From assembly GCA_002104905.1 (NCBI GenBank), contig MCFE01000213.1, positions 62,001 to 126,000 of the forward strand: a DNA stretch of 64,000 nucleotides. Direction: 5' to 3'. The DNA is from Basidiobolus meristosporus CBS 931.73. Its lineage: Eukaryota; Fungi; Basidiobolomycota. Made by a program: the position numbers and the translations under genes. The notes under the pieces were generated by a model. That model worked only from the letters and a program-made list of their open reading frames with translations. It ran no database searches and was not told where the DNA came from. Positions 49,151 to 62,076 of the stretch are shown in pieces. Numbering within the stretch: position 1 is the first letter of the stretch; every line of letters begins with the position of its first letter.

Positions 49151-50405
49151 TTATACAGAACTAGCATTATGCTGTCATACTGCCAATATAATGCCATCAG
49201 AGTTTTGCTGTGAGGCCATCAAAACACCATCAAGTTTCTTACCATATAAGACAATTGGATGTCCTGGCCAACTGGATCCACTTAAAATAGTTATAGATTG
49301 CTGAAAGACCGCAACATACTATGCAAATATTGTCACAGCACTGATAAAATATTGTTGAGTTTTAACTCTTTACTTGGTTGTGAAATAAGCAAAACACCAT
49401 TATGATTCTGTCACAAGATTGTTAGGAAGATCACTAGTTCCTAGCTGCTGTTATTATGATGGTCTCTAAACAGGATCTTGATGGCTGATCCAGATTGGAT
49501 CCACCCATAGGACCAAGTTGTTTGTGATAGGTACTGCCCTCAGAGAAGAAATGGACACCAGCCATGAAGAACCTTTAACAATATTGGAGCCCTGTAGCAT
49601 AGTAACATGGAGGATGAACTTGAATAAGACTCAGAACTCACCTTCCATTTCACAGAAGAATACCTATCCCAGATGACCTCAAACTCAGGAAAGCTATTTT
49701 ACTTAAACGGAGTAATCAATGGGTACCTGTCAAGAGCATGATTGACTCAGCAGCATTGCATGAGTACACATCAGAGCAATTTGCTTTGAAAGCTGGAATC
49801 AACTCAAAACTCACCAAATCAACTTCAGTCTTAACAGCAGATGGGAACTCTCACATAATCTACTGTATTACTCAGCCAGTCAGGATGAAGTGACTATAAG
49901 GAAGATCTACAGGCCTAAATATTTGGGAACTGCAAGTTTGACCTTGTACTTGGGAAAACCTGGCTATTTTGTGATTGAGGAAAACCCTCTCAGCTTCAGT
50001 AGGGGAGAATGCTACAATCTACTGCTTGAATGTTTAAGTTGGATCAGTTTTTAGTCAAATCAATTAGTTATATGTTTAGCCTATCATTATATCAGTGTTA
50101 TATATCAAATCAGTAGTATTAGTCAACAAATGGATCAGCAAATCCTTATCAGACAGGAATAGACATATTTGGAAGAATCTGAATTGGGTAATAATGATGC
50201 AATCAAATTAGTCATCAACCACAGCCTACATCAGGAAATACAATCAATCAGCAATTGATCTGGCAAAATGTATATAAGGAGCTGCTGCAACCTCAATAAA
50301 ATCAGTTCAAGTTTTAGTGAATACAATACTAGCTAAACTCATTATTCCTCTACAACTCTTATACCAAGACATGTAACACTGCAACCTCTGGGTGTGCCTA
50401 TTAAT

Positions 50406-53400
50406 CCTCATGAAAAATAATTTGGACCCACAGGTGGATCCAGTCTAGATCAGCCATCAGGATTGTGGCTATATACTAGCATAACAACAACAGCTTGGAA
50501 TTAGTGACCCTCTTATTGATCTTGTGATGGGATCACAACTGCATTTTGCTAATTTTACTGCCAAGTAAAGTGACAAAACTTAATAAGATTCGACCGGTGC
50601 TGTGAAAATAGTTGCATGGTATTGTTGCGGTCTTATTGCACTCTACAACTGTTTTAAATGGATTCAACTGGCCAGGATATCCAATTGCCTTATATGGCAA
50701 AATGTGACAGTGTTTTTACGTCCTCACAGTGAGACTCTGATGGTATTATCACAACAGTATGGTGGCCTACAGCTAGTTTGGTATAATGCTACCATACCAA
50801 TTTACCAAATGGTATTTCCTTTTTCTACCTCCCCTTTTGCAATTCATATATTCCACGGTAGAATCACCTCTCTTTATTTGCTCACCCACTACTACCTTGA
50901 ATATTCCACATACAGTTTGAATCAAAAAAATTCTATGATCTCCTGCTTACTAACCTCTACAAATGCACACACCTGCTGCAATTGGCAGACTTCTATCATC
51001 TCAACTTTGCGGATTTTTAGTGTGGCACTTGCAAAGTTGCATATACCTTGTACTGCTGGTAAAATATACATCTTGAAAAAATATGCTTGGATGCCACCAC
51101 TTCTGCCATGAATACCTCCTAAATATCTGCAAAGAACTTCTTGGTATTTAGCTAATGTATTCCTTCTCCCTACAGGACTCTAGATGCCCTAATAGCTGCG
51201 CTCTGGCTCTTGTTTGTATGAATTTAATATTGAGTGGTGTACAAGCTGGCTTGTGACCAAGTGAAATCTGGCATACTTTGGTAGAGTTTTCCTAATTAAA
51301 ATTAGTTGCTTGTGGCACCCAACCCAACTTTGCATTACTTAACTGATTACCCACACATTGGGGCTGCTTAGCTTCTTAATGCCATAGGCATAGGTGTCTC
51401 CATGTGCACATTTGTTGTCAGTATTTTCCAATTCTTGCTGGTTGTCCTTCTTGTGCCAACTCATCACATCCATAACAGACTTGAAGGTAATATTCTTGAT
51501 GAGATTGGGATATGGCAGTGTACCTGCAACTTGACTTGTCCTCCTATCTCCCCACACATCTGCTCCATAGGATACTCCTAAAAGGTGAGTAAAGCATAGT
51601 TTTCTCCACACACTGTGCATGATGGAGCAGAGAATGGATGCAGTAGTGGCAGAGATATACATGTTCAACTTTTTTGTTTGTAGTATAGCTGCTCAAATCC
51701 TGTCACAAACTCCATGTACAACAGCTGTAGATCCATCAAGTTGGCTTTGGTTATCTGCTTCTGAGTAAATATTCCTACAATGTCAACATATGACTCCCAA
51801 TGCTTTCAATCTACTCTTGGTAGGAATGGCTTCTGAACACCACTTGAATAAATACATATCCAGCTCTCCAGTCTTTGCATTTGTATTGTCACATATGTGT
51901 ATGATATTAGTTGGAGCCAGTGAGAAGTACTAAGGGTAGCAGAAAACTCTGTAATATCTTGCTAATTCTTTCAAATTTCTCTGGTATCTCAAAGGGCTCA
52001 TTTAGCTTGAAATGCCCCATGTACAACTTGGTCATCAGTATAGGGATATTGTTGAAAAGCAAATGCATTGCTCCCAGCGGAAAGCTTTTGCTCCAACAGA
52101 TACCCTATATCTTAAGTATCTCTAGATTTCAATTGATTCCATATTCTGGCCAATGGCTTATAGCTTGCCAACTTTGCTGCAATTGCATGCTTACCTCTGT
52201 ACATTCTCTCAGTGGAAAGATGATGTTCTTAGTGCTGGTGTTCAGGTAATAATAATGTGTGTGAGTTATGGAGTAAGTCCCCTGGATCTCACACATTCAA
52301 CAGCAATACCATCAACTGTGCCCAAAAAAACAGGCTATCCTGCTGATGGCTGGGCTATCTCCAATGCAGATAATAATCTGTGCTTGTACATGACAGCCAT
52401 TTACCATTATCCTGATAAAAAGCTTACAAAATACATCCAGCAAGGGATACGGGTAGCTATCCAGGTTGGAATGTGATTTAGGCCCAGGTACTAGTGAGAC
52501 TACCATCAGATTAATGCTCTGATACTGTTAGATGGGTGGCAGATTCAGATTAATGAGAATCAGGGGCCAGTAGGATTTGCTGGTAGAGTACTTGTTTGAT
52601 GAGAATCCATCAAGTGCTAAAGCAAAGGCATAGTCATGCATACCTTCAAGGTAGCCCTTGCTTCTTGGCTGTTTGTAATGTTTATTATTGAATATATTAG
52701 ATTTGTTTGTGCTTGATTGATACTGAGTGCAGTACTGTATAGCTTTTCAATATTTGTTGAACTGCATGAGCTTCCTCAGATGGGGTAGTACCAGAATATA
52801 TCCAGAGTGTGAACAATGTCTTCCCTCAATGGTGGTGGATTCCTGACAATTTGGACACATTGCAATGGTAGCATTTTTGGATGTGAATGCCATGCAACTG
52901 TTAACACATGCTAGAATCAGGACAGTCTCTGGATCATATGTTGCCAACTGCATGATGGTTGTCCACTTGTAACATGTACATGGTAAGTTGCATCCCAGTA
53001 TGATTTTGGCAGGAAGTAGTAATAAATCCTCAAAGCCCCCATTACTGATATTAGTATAAATGTACCACTTCTCAAGCTACAACATTACATCATTCACCAG
53101 TAGATGTATTACTGGGATCACCTGGCTCCATGAAGTGTCATTGGCATTTGTTTTAACAGGTGTTGTCTCATTGCATATAAGGATATGACCAGGCTCACAT
53201 GTGGTACTGTTGTTAGGGGAGATAGGCTCAAAATTCACTGGTGAACCTTCTTTGCCAGAGCTGTCACTCTGCATGCCATGTTCAGAATGCTGAGGTGAGC
53301 TTGAAGGCTTCACAAACTCACCTGACTCAGTTTGCGCAAGGTGATAAAGACAGCCAGGTGCCAATATAGAATTATTAACTGGCTGGCAAGATGATGTTGG

Positions 53401-56400
53401 AACAGTAGTGACCAATGAGTGGTCAAATATGACTAGGGTGGCAAAACACTGGCCATGATCCTTGTAATACTTCCTATGCTGTCTGCATGCTTCATGGCTG
53501 AGAGGCTTGCCACAATAGCCACATGGTTTTTTTTCTCTTCTCTTACAGCAATGAGTCAAAGAAGTCTTGTCCATGGGGTAAACAGTTTGATCTTCAACAA
53601 TGTAACGCTATTATATACTTTTTGGTCAATACTCATGTGAACTTAAGACAGTCCTGTATATGAGACATTTCACCAACATGATTGTGAGATTCAAAGATGA
53701 CCCGCCATATTAAGCATTACAAATAAAGATGTGGCACTACATATGCACATATATGTAACACTATTTCCCCTTTGGTTTGACTCACTTCCATATATATGCA
53801 GCCAAAAAAAACAGCAAACTTGTCTGGTTCTCAACCAAACCCCACTGCTGATGGCAACAGAAGAACAGCTGGACCACAGCTTGCTTTGACACTCAGTGCA
53901 ACAAGCAGGGCTACATCCAAAAAAGGGCATGTTGACAGTGTGCCCATTGAAGGTCATAATGCAGACTCCTCAGGCTCTCAGTCAAGTAGGCAATTGAGGA
54001 CCTCTGCGGAGCTGCAAGCTGACTGTTATGCTCTGGCATATGAGAATGTAGCAAAAGCAGTACCCTCAGTTGAAGATCAGCAAGTGGCCATGATAGCATC
54101 ACTACCACCCATATTAGGAAGTATGTTGTCAGCTCATACCAAAGCATTTATTACGCATTTAGGTGCAGTGGCTGATAGGATAGATGCAATGGCACAGAGA
54201 AATGAGGAAATAGTCCAGAAATAGGATGAGTAGATAATACATGTAGAGCAATCAATATCCCAGGTAGCAAAATCAATATCTTTGCTGCAAAGAAGGAGCT
54301 CAAGTAGCTTGATGTCACATCCAAGAATTGAGCCATTTCCCAACGTAACAGCAGAGGAACACCATACAGTCTTTGAAGCACAACAACAGTGCCCAAAGAT
54401 AAAGCCACAAAGAAACCTATCACAGCATGGGAGGAAAACAATATGGTGTTTATACCAAAGCCTAAGTATCAAAAGACATTGAAGATCCAAGAAGCCATTG
54501 AGTGCAATGAAGAAGAGTGGGCTAATATTAAAGAGACCTTTCAAAGCCTTACACACTAAGACCTTAACATTTATCAAGGAAAAAGCAAAGTGCCACTCAA
54601 GAAGCACCCAGTCAAAGTAGCAGTGAAGGACCTGGCAATGATAAAAACCAGTCACTTTTACAGGAGTCCATCACAACTATGGTTGAAAGCGCAAAACAAG
54701 CTGAAAAGAAATGTCAGGTTGCCAGAAGTGTGCCAGCAAGGGACAAGCAGGCCAAAACAGATGCGTCAGAGCAGAATTTATCCAGGAGAAAACGTGGTTC
54801 TTTACAAGAAGTACTCAGACAAAGTAGCAGTGAAAGACCTGGCAGTAATAAAGGAAAAGGTAAAGGGAAAAATGTCAACCAAAGCTTGAGACAGGGAGGC
54901 ACACAAAAAAAACTGCTGTTCTTGCCAATTAATGCTGCAAGACAGGAATAAACTGAATCTCATAATAGCCAAGAAGAATTACCAACTAGAAAACAGCTGT
55001 TTTTGCAAGAGTTGGAAGCACAGCCAGTTGAGCTATACTCCAGCAAGGTAGATGAGTTTGCTGAAAAAGGCAATTGGTCTACCACAGCATCCATAGCATC
55101 CACAGCATCCACAGCCTCCATTGTTGACAGAGTGGAGATCCCATTGACAGACAAGGCTACAACATCAAGAGCTTGAAAGACTATTGCAATGTCTTCAGTG
55201 GAGTTTTGGAACATCAATATGGACACCAAGAGGTAGCAGCACTTATTCAAGAGCAGTGCTCAAGAAAATGCACTGGAATATTGCAAGGATATATTGCAAC
55301 AACTGGCAGATGAGGAGCTAGACCTTGCAGTGCTGGCTGAAGACCAGGATATGTGGAAACCAGTGAATGAACAGTAGCATAAAGCTGTTGGGCTCCCACT
55401 GTGGTGGTGTATAAGTCCAAGGGAGAGATATGTCCAACACTTCTCAAGTGTTTTGTGTGTGGGGTGTTCACTGTGTGCAATAACCTCTGGCAAAAGCTTG
55501 CTAGGAATACTTGGGTTCTGTCTCTAATCTAATGTGAAGGGGAATAAAGCCACAAGCCTGTCAAGGGAAAACTATTGAGCTACAATCCCCAACTTAGTTG
55601 GCGTCTTAACAAAAGTATGGGCTAGGTTCAGCGTCCTTTGAGATGACAATGTACTAAAGCTTCCAAAGTCAAAACAACTGTAAACTTCACCAGCAGGGAC
55701 TTGATAAGAATGTAGCTGTGGTCAACAGTTACAAAGACAGAAAAGTATCTTTGCCTGTACAAGAACAAACTTGGGAAAGAATCAAATATAATAAAAGATA
55801 CCTACTCTGAGTATTCCTCACAAGTAGTGCCTCCAAGGTCAGTTGGCTATCAGCACAGTTTCCTGGGAGTGTCCTGTGGTCTGGGGTTGGAAGTTCAGGT
55901 AGCAGCAGGTAGCAGTGATCACACTAATCAACAAGTCAGTATATTGATAAAAGGGATGATGGTTTATTGTTGAGCGATAGCCTCCCTTATATACTTTTCT
56001 TACTGGCTAAGTGATTACTAATCATGGTGTTCCAGAAGGTTCTGGATATCAATAGAAATCTTAATGACATCAGAATGACCAAAGAATGTTCTAAGTAGGT
56101 GCCAGAAGGTTCTAAGAGGCACCGCACATCCAACCAATCAGGAATCAGTATTCTGAAACCTGTATAACATAGGGATACCATATATGGTATGGAAGTGGTA
56201 AGAATGGTGGCACGGATTGATCATGTGTCACAGGTACTGGCACGGGTACTTGCCTAATATAGAAGCACTTATAGCTAGTATTCTACATAAAGTGAGGGGT
56301 AACTTATGCAATAAGGTAAGCAGGTGCAATAGTCAACTGGCTTATGGGATGGTACTGATTGGGTAAGACAAATGGGATAAAACTAAAATAAATGTAGTAG

Positions 56401-56971
56401 AGATATAAGGAAGTAGAAAATGAGGGAATGAGCACATCTGTCAGTGGGTGTCACTATCACCCCACTACACCGCCAAAGTTGTGGAGCCAGAGTGTTACAG
56501 CAGAAATACTAATTGAGTGGTGGATTTTAATGGAATTACTTGTTGAGTGTGGGGTTAGGCTTAATGTTAGTGTACGGTATGGAGAATTGTATAGGTCAAT
56601 ACAATTGGCAATTGAGGTACAACAGAAGTTTCATGGAAATAAATAAATTTGTACACATCAAAAGGACGTGAAACAGTTGAGTTAGGAAGTAAGAAGTGTG
56701 AAAAAGAGGCAATAGCCAATTAATTCACACAAATGAAGGAAGCAATAGAGTGTCCAGGATCAGAAAGTGAGTAAATTGGCAGGGAAGCAATCAAAAGCCA
56801 CTTATATTGTTGTGATGAAAAATTTTGACTAGGTTTTTTGTCAAATATAGGATGCAATAATTTTTCAACAGTCTCTGTATTGTGTCCTGACAGAATCAGT
56901 ACCTTGTAGTCATGGGACTCTACCTTTGCGACTGCCTTTTGACTGGATTATCCCAATAATTTCTCATAGGG
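50406..56971 (-). mobile_element. CACTA/EnSpm copy C, both TIRs present (transposase ~50790-53636 minus; ORF2 53796-56646 plus, split by a solo LTR)
   Basis: TIRs CCTCATGAAAAATAATTTGG (50406-50425) and reverse complement CCCTATGAGAAATTATTGGG (56952-56971), 15/20 match; flanks do not give a clean TSD. Confidence 0.87.
55400..56469 (-). mobile_element. Gypsy-C solo LTR (1070 bp) in CACTA ORF2
   Basis: Homologous to 62077-63147; 4-bp TSD CCAC (55396-55399) / CCGC (56470-56473). Confidence 0.92.
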
Positions 56972-59900
56972 TATGGCAGCCTATAGCTAGTTTGGTACAA
57001 TACTACCATACCAATTTACCAAATGGTATTTCCTTTTTCCACCCCTCCTTGTGCAATATATATATTCCACTGTAAAATCACCCCTCTTTATTTGCTTACT
57101 CACTACTACCTTGGGTATCTCACATATAGTTTGAGTCAAAGAAACTATGGCCTCCTGCTTACTAACTGCTACTAACATATGCACCTGCCTCAATTGACAT
57201 ACTTATATCACCTCAACTTTATGGCTATTTAGTGTTATACAAGCCAAGTTGCCATATACCTTGTACTACTGGTAGCATATACATGTTGTAAACATATGCT
57301 TGGTTGCCACCACTTCTGCCATAAATACCTCCTGAATATCTGCAAAGAACTTTTTGGTATTTAGCCAATATAATCCTTCTTCCTGCTGAACTGTAGTCTC
57401 ACTTATAGGTGCACTCTGGCTCATGTTTGTGTGAACTCTGTATCAAATGGTGTAGAAGCTGGCTTGTAAACAGGAGAAATCTGGCATACCTTGGTAGAGT
57501 TTTCCTAATAAGTGCTTCTTGCTTGTTGCATCCAACCCAGCATTGCATTGTTTAATTGATAACCTATGCTTTGGAGCTGCTTAGCTTCTTAATGCCATAG
57601 GCATAGGTGTCTCCAAGTGCACATTGGTCCTCAGTATTTTCTAAATATCTCTGGCTGTCCTCCATATGCCAACTTATCACATCCATGATGGACTTAAAGG
57701 TAATATTCTTGAAGAGACTGGGATATGGCAGTACCTGCAACCTGACTGATCTTCCTATCTCCCCACACACCTGCTCCATAGGAAACTCCCAAAAGGTGAA
57801 TCAAGGCCCAATATTCTCCACACCTAGCAAGATGGAGTAGAGAATGGTTACAGTAGAAGTAGAGATCTACATGTTCAGCTTTATGTTGATACTATTACCA
57901 CTCAAATCCTATAACAAACTCCTTGCACAACAGGTGTTGATGTGTCAAGTTGGCATTGGTAATCTGCTTCTAGATATATATTCCTACAATGTTCACCTGT
58001 GACTCCCAATACTTCCAATGTACTCTTGGTAGAAATGGCTTCAGATTGCTTCTTGAACAAATACATATCCAACTCATCCAGTCTATGCATTTTTATTGTT
58101 CAAATATGTATGAACTTTGATTGGAGCCTGTGAGAAGTACTTAGGGTAGCAGATACTTGGTAATATCTTGCCAAATCTTTCAAATATCTCTACTATCTCA
58201 AAGGGTACATTTGGCTCCATGTACAACTTGGACATCAGTATATGGATATTTTTGAAAAGCAAACCCATTGCTCCCAGTGGAAAGCTATTGCTCCAAAATA
58301 TACTCTCTATCATAAGTATCTCTGATTCCCAACTAAATCCATAATCTGTCCAATGGCTTATATCTTGCCAGCTTTGCTGCAATTGGATGCTGACTTCTGT
58401 ACATACTCTCTATGTGAAGATGATGCTCTTGGCATTAGTGTTTAGGTAATAATAATGTGTGTGAGTTTTGGAGTACATCCCCTGTATCTCCCACATTTGA
58501 CAGCAATACCATCCACTGCGCCAAGAAATGCAGGCTATCTTGCTGATTGCTGGGGTATCTCCAAAACAGATAATAATATGAACTTTTACAAGACAGCCAT
58601 CCACTTTTATCTCATTGGAATGCAGACAAATTCATCCACTAATGGATACATGTAGCTATCCAGGTTGGATGGTAATTTAGGCACAGATACAAGTGAGACT
58701 ACCATCAGATTTTTGCTCTGATACAGGGGCCAGCAGGATTTGCTGGTAAAGTACTTGTTTAATGAGAATCCATCAAGTGCTAAAGTAAAGGCATGGTCAT
58801 GCATACCTACAAAGTAGCCCTTGCTTTTTAGCTTTTGTAATGTTTGCCATCAAATATATTGGGTATGTTTGCGCTTGATTGATACTGAGTGTGGTACTTT
58901 CTAGCTTTGCAATATTTGTTGGACTGCATGAGCTTCTTTAAATAGGGTGTTACCGGATTATATCCAGAGTGGGAACACTGCTTTCCCTCAATGATGGTGG
59001 TATCCTGATAATTTGGACATGTTGCAATGGTAGCATTTGTGGATGTGAATGCCATGCAACTGTTGACACACACTGGAATCAGGACAGTCTCTAGGTCATA
59101 TGTTGCCAGCTGCATGACAGTTGTTCACTTGTACCATGTACATGGTAAGCTACATCCTGGAATGCTTTTGGTAAGAAATAGTAGTAAAACCTCAAAGCCC
59201 TGATTTCTGATTTTAGTGGAAATATGCCACTTCTCCAGCCACAAAATTACATCATTCACCAGTAGATGTATTACTGGGCTCACTTGGCTTGATGAAGTAT
59301 CCTTGCATTTCTTTCAACTGGGGTTGTCTCATTGCATATTGGGATTTGACCAGGGTCATGTGTGGTACTGCTTTTAGGGGAGAGATGCTTGCAAGCCATC
59401 AGTGAGCCTTCTTTGTCAGAGCTATCACTCTGCATGCCATATTCAGAAGGCTGAGGTGAGCCTCAAGGTGTCACAAACTTGCCTGATTCAGTTTGCATAA
59501 GGTTACAAAGACAGCCAGGTGCCAATATAGAAGTATCAACTGGCTGGCATGTAATGTTGGTACAGTGTGACTGATGAATGGTCAAATATGACTTGTGTGG
59601 CAAAACACTGGCCATGATCCTTGTAATACTTCCTATTCTGTCTGCATGCTTAATGGCTGGGGGGGCTTGCTATAATAGCCACATGGTCTTTTTTCTCTTC
59701 TCTTATGGTGTTGAATCAAAGTAGTCTTGTCCATGGGGTAAACAGTTTGACACTCAACAACATAATGCTATTATGTTACTTTTTTGTCAATACTCATGTG
59801 AATTTAAGACAGTCTTATATTTGAGACATTGCACCTACATGAATGTAAGATTCAATGATGACATGCCATAGTAAGCATTATAAATAAAGATGTGGCACAA

Positions 59901-61707
59901 AATTTGCACATATATGTGACATTATTTCCCCTTGGCTTGACTCACTTCCATTTATATGCCGCCAAAAAATAAAGCAAAGTTTCTCAGCCAAACTCCACCA
60001 CTGATGGCAGCATTGCTGGGTAACAGCTTGCTTTGACATGCAGTGCAACAAGCAGGGCTACATCCAAAATAGGGCATGTTGACAGTGTGCCCATTGAAGG
60101 TAATAATGCGGACTCCTCAGGCTCTCAGTCAAGTAGGCAATTGAGAACCTCAGCAGAGCTGTAAGCTGACCATTATGCTCAGGCAGATGAGAATGTAGCA
60201 AAAGCAGTACCCTTAGTTGAAGACCAGCTAGTGGATGTCATAACATCATCATCATCCATATTAGCAGGTATATTGTCATCTCATATTAAAGCATCAATGA
60301 AGCAACTAGGTTCAGTGGTCAGTAAAATAGATTCAATGGCCCAGAGAAATCAGGGAATAGTCCAGAGATAGGATGAGTGGATATAAGGTGCAGAGCAATC
60401 AATATCCCAGGTAGAGAAAGCAGTATCTTTGCTGCACAGAAGGAAATCAGTAGCTCAATGACATATCCAAGAATTGAGCCATTTCCTGATGTAACAGCAG
60501 AGTAACACTTTGCACTCTTTGAAGCATAAAAACAGCACCCAAAGATAAAGCCAATAATTAATCAAGCACAGCACAGGAGGGAGAAGATTTAGTGTTTATA
60601 CCAAAGCCTAAAAATCACAAGACATTCATGATCTGTGAAGCTGTTGAGTGCAATGAAGAAGAGTGGGCTAATATTCAAGAGACCTTTAGAAGCCTAACAC
60701 ACTAGCACCTTAAGGCTGGCACACCATGGGACCATCAGGAACTCAAGGCCAAGCAGACTGCACCTGACTTGCTCCATGAGCATTATTGTAAATTCAATCT
60801 GGCAAATAGATTTTGGGCCAGCATTGGTATGCTAAGAGAGTATCTCAAGAATAGCAGAAGCTACCAAAGGCAGAAGAACAAGGGTGCAGTGGCTAACACC
60901 AGTGGCTTCTTCTGGAGTCCTCTACAAGCGGGGCCAAAAATCTATACAAGTATCACGGAGAAATCAAGTAGCCGGAATAGTTCCAATAAGGGAAAAGCAT
61001 GTAGACAGAGATACACCAGCACAGCAGTTACCATGGAAAAAGCTTAATCCTACACAAGAAGTACTCCGTCTACGTATTAGTGAAGGACCTGGTGGTGATA
61101 AAAACAAGCAGCTACCTCAGGAGCCTGTCACAGCATTGGCTGAGGGCTTGGAGCAAGCTGAAAAGAAGAGTCAGGTTGCCTGCAGAGCGCCAGCAAGAGA
61201 CAAGCTGGCCAAAATTTATACATCAGAGCAGTATTTGTCAGGGAGAATACATAGTTCATTACAAGAAGCACTCAGACAAAGTAGCAGTCAAAGACCTGGC
61301 AGCAAAAAAGGAAAAGGAAAAGGGAAAGGGAAAGGGAAAAATGTCAACCCAAGCCAGAGAGTGGGAAGTGTGAGAAAAAAGCTGCAGTTCTTGCCAATTG
61401 ATGCTGTAAGCCCATAACAGACTGAATCCCATCACAGCTAAGAAGAATAACAATAAGTAAACAGCTGTTCTCACAAGAGTTGGAAGTGCAGCCAGTTAAC
61501 CTACACTCCAGTGGGGTAGATGAGTTTGCAGAAAAAGGCATTTTTTCTACCACAGCCTCCACATCCCTCATTGTTGGCAGAGTGAGGATCCCACTGATAG
61601 ACAAAGTAACAACATCAAGAACTGAGAAGGTTATCACAATGCCTTAAGTGGAATTTTGGAGCACTAATAGGTAAATCAAGAGGTTGCCGCACTTCTTCAA
61701 GAGCAGT
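56972..61707 (-). mobile_element. CACTA/EnSpm copy E, both ends cut by other copies (transposase ~57000-59797 minus; ORF2 59956-61707 plus)
   Basis: Colinear with copy C; HDHAFTLALDGFS, CVNSCMAF..CPNY, FPLGAM motifs; bounded by the TIRs of copies C and F. Confidence 0.85.
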
Positions 61708-62076
61708 CCCTATGAAAAATAATTTGGTCCTACAGGTAGATTCAATCCAGATCAGCCATCAGGATCTTGTTTAGAGACTGTGATAATACCAGCAGCTTGG
61801 AATTAGCAACCCTCCTAACAATCTTATGATGGATCATGACAGTGTTTTGCAAATTTGACAAGCAAATAAAGGGACAAAACATGACAATATTTTATGGGTG
61901 CTGTGACAATATTTGCATGGTATTGTTGCGGTCTTTTGGTGCTCTATAACTATTTTAAGTGGAGCCAATTGGCCAGGATATCCAATTGCCTTATATGGCT
62001 AGAAACTTGATGGTATTTTGATGACCTCACTGCAACACTCTGATAGCATTATACTGGCAGTATGATGGTCCACCAC
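61708..62076. mobile_element. CACTA copy F terminal fragment (transposase-side TIR)
   Basis: CCCTATGAAAAATAATTTGG at 61708-61727; colinear with 50406-50770; cut by the Gypsy-C LTR. Confidence 0.8.

Larger units (their letters stand above)
43668..49532 (+). mobile_element. CACTA/EnSpm copy B, both ends present, decayed
   Basis: Left TIR CCCATGAAAAACTATT, right TIR (reverse complement) CCTATCACAAACAACTTGG; transposase on plus, ORF2 on minus. Confidence 0.85.
42446..50378 (+). mobile_element. Gypsy-B plus-strand derivative (LTRs 42446-42814 and 50010-50378; gag and PR only), interrupted by CACTA copy B
   Basis: Two diverged 369-bp LTRs; PPT AGTAGGGGAGAA before 50010; gag knuckle KGLCFSCHQQGHI|YCP split by the CACTA; flanks (CCAAG/CTGCA) do not match, so possibly chimeric. 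Confidence 0.75.
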
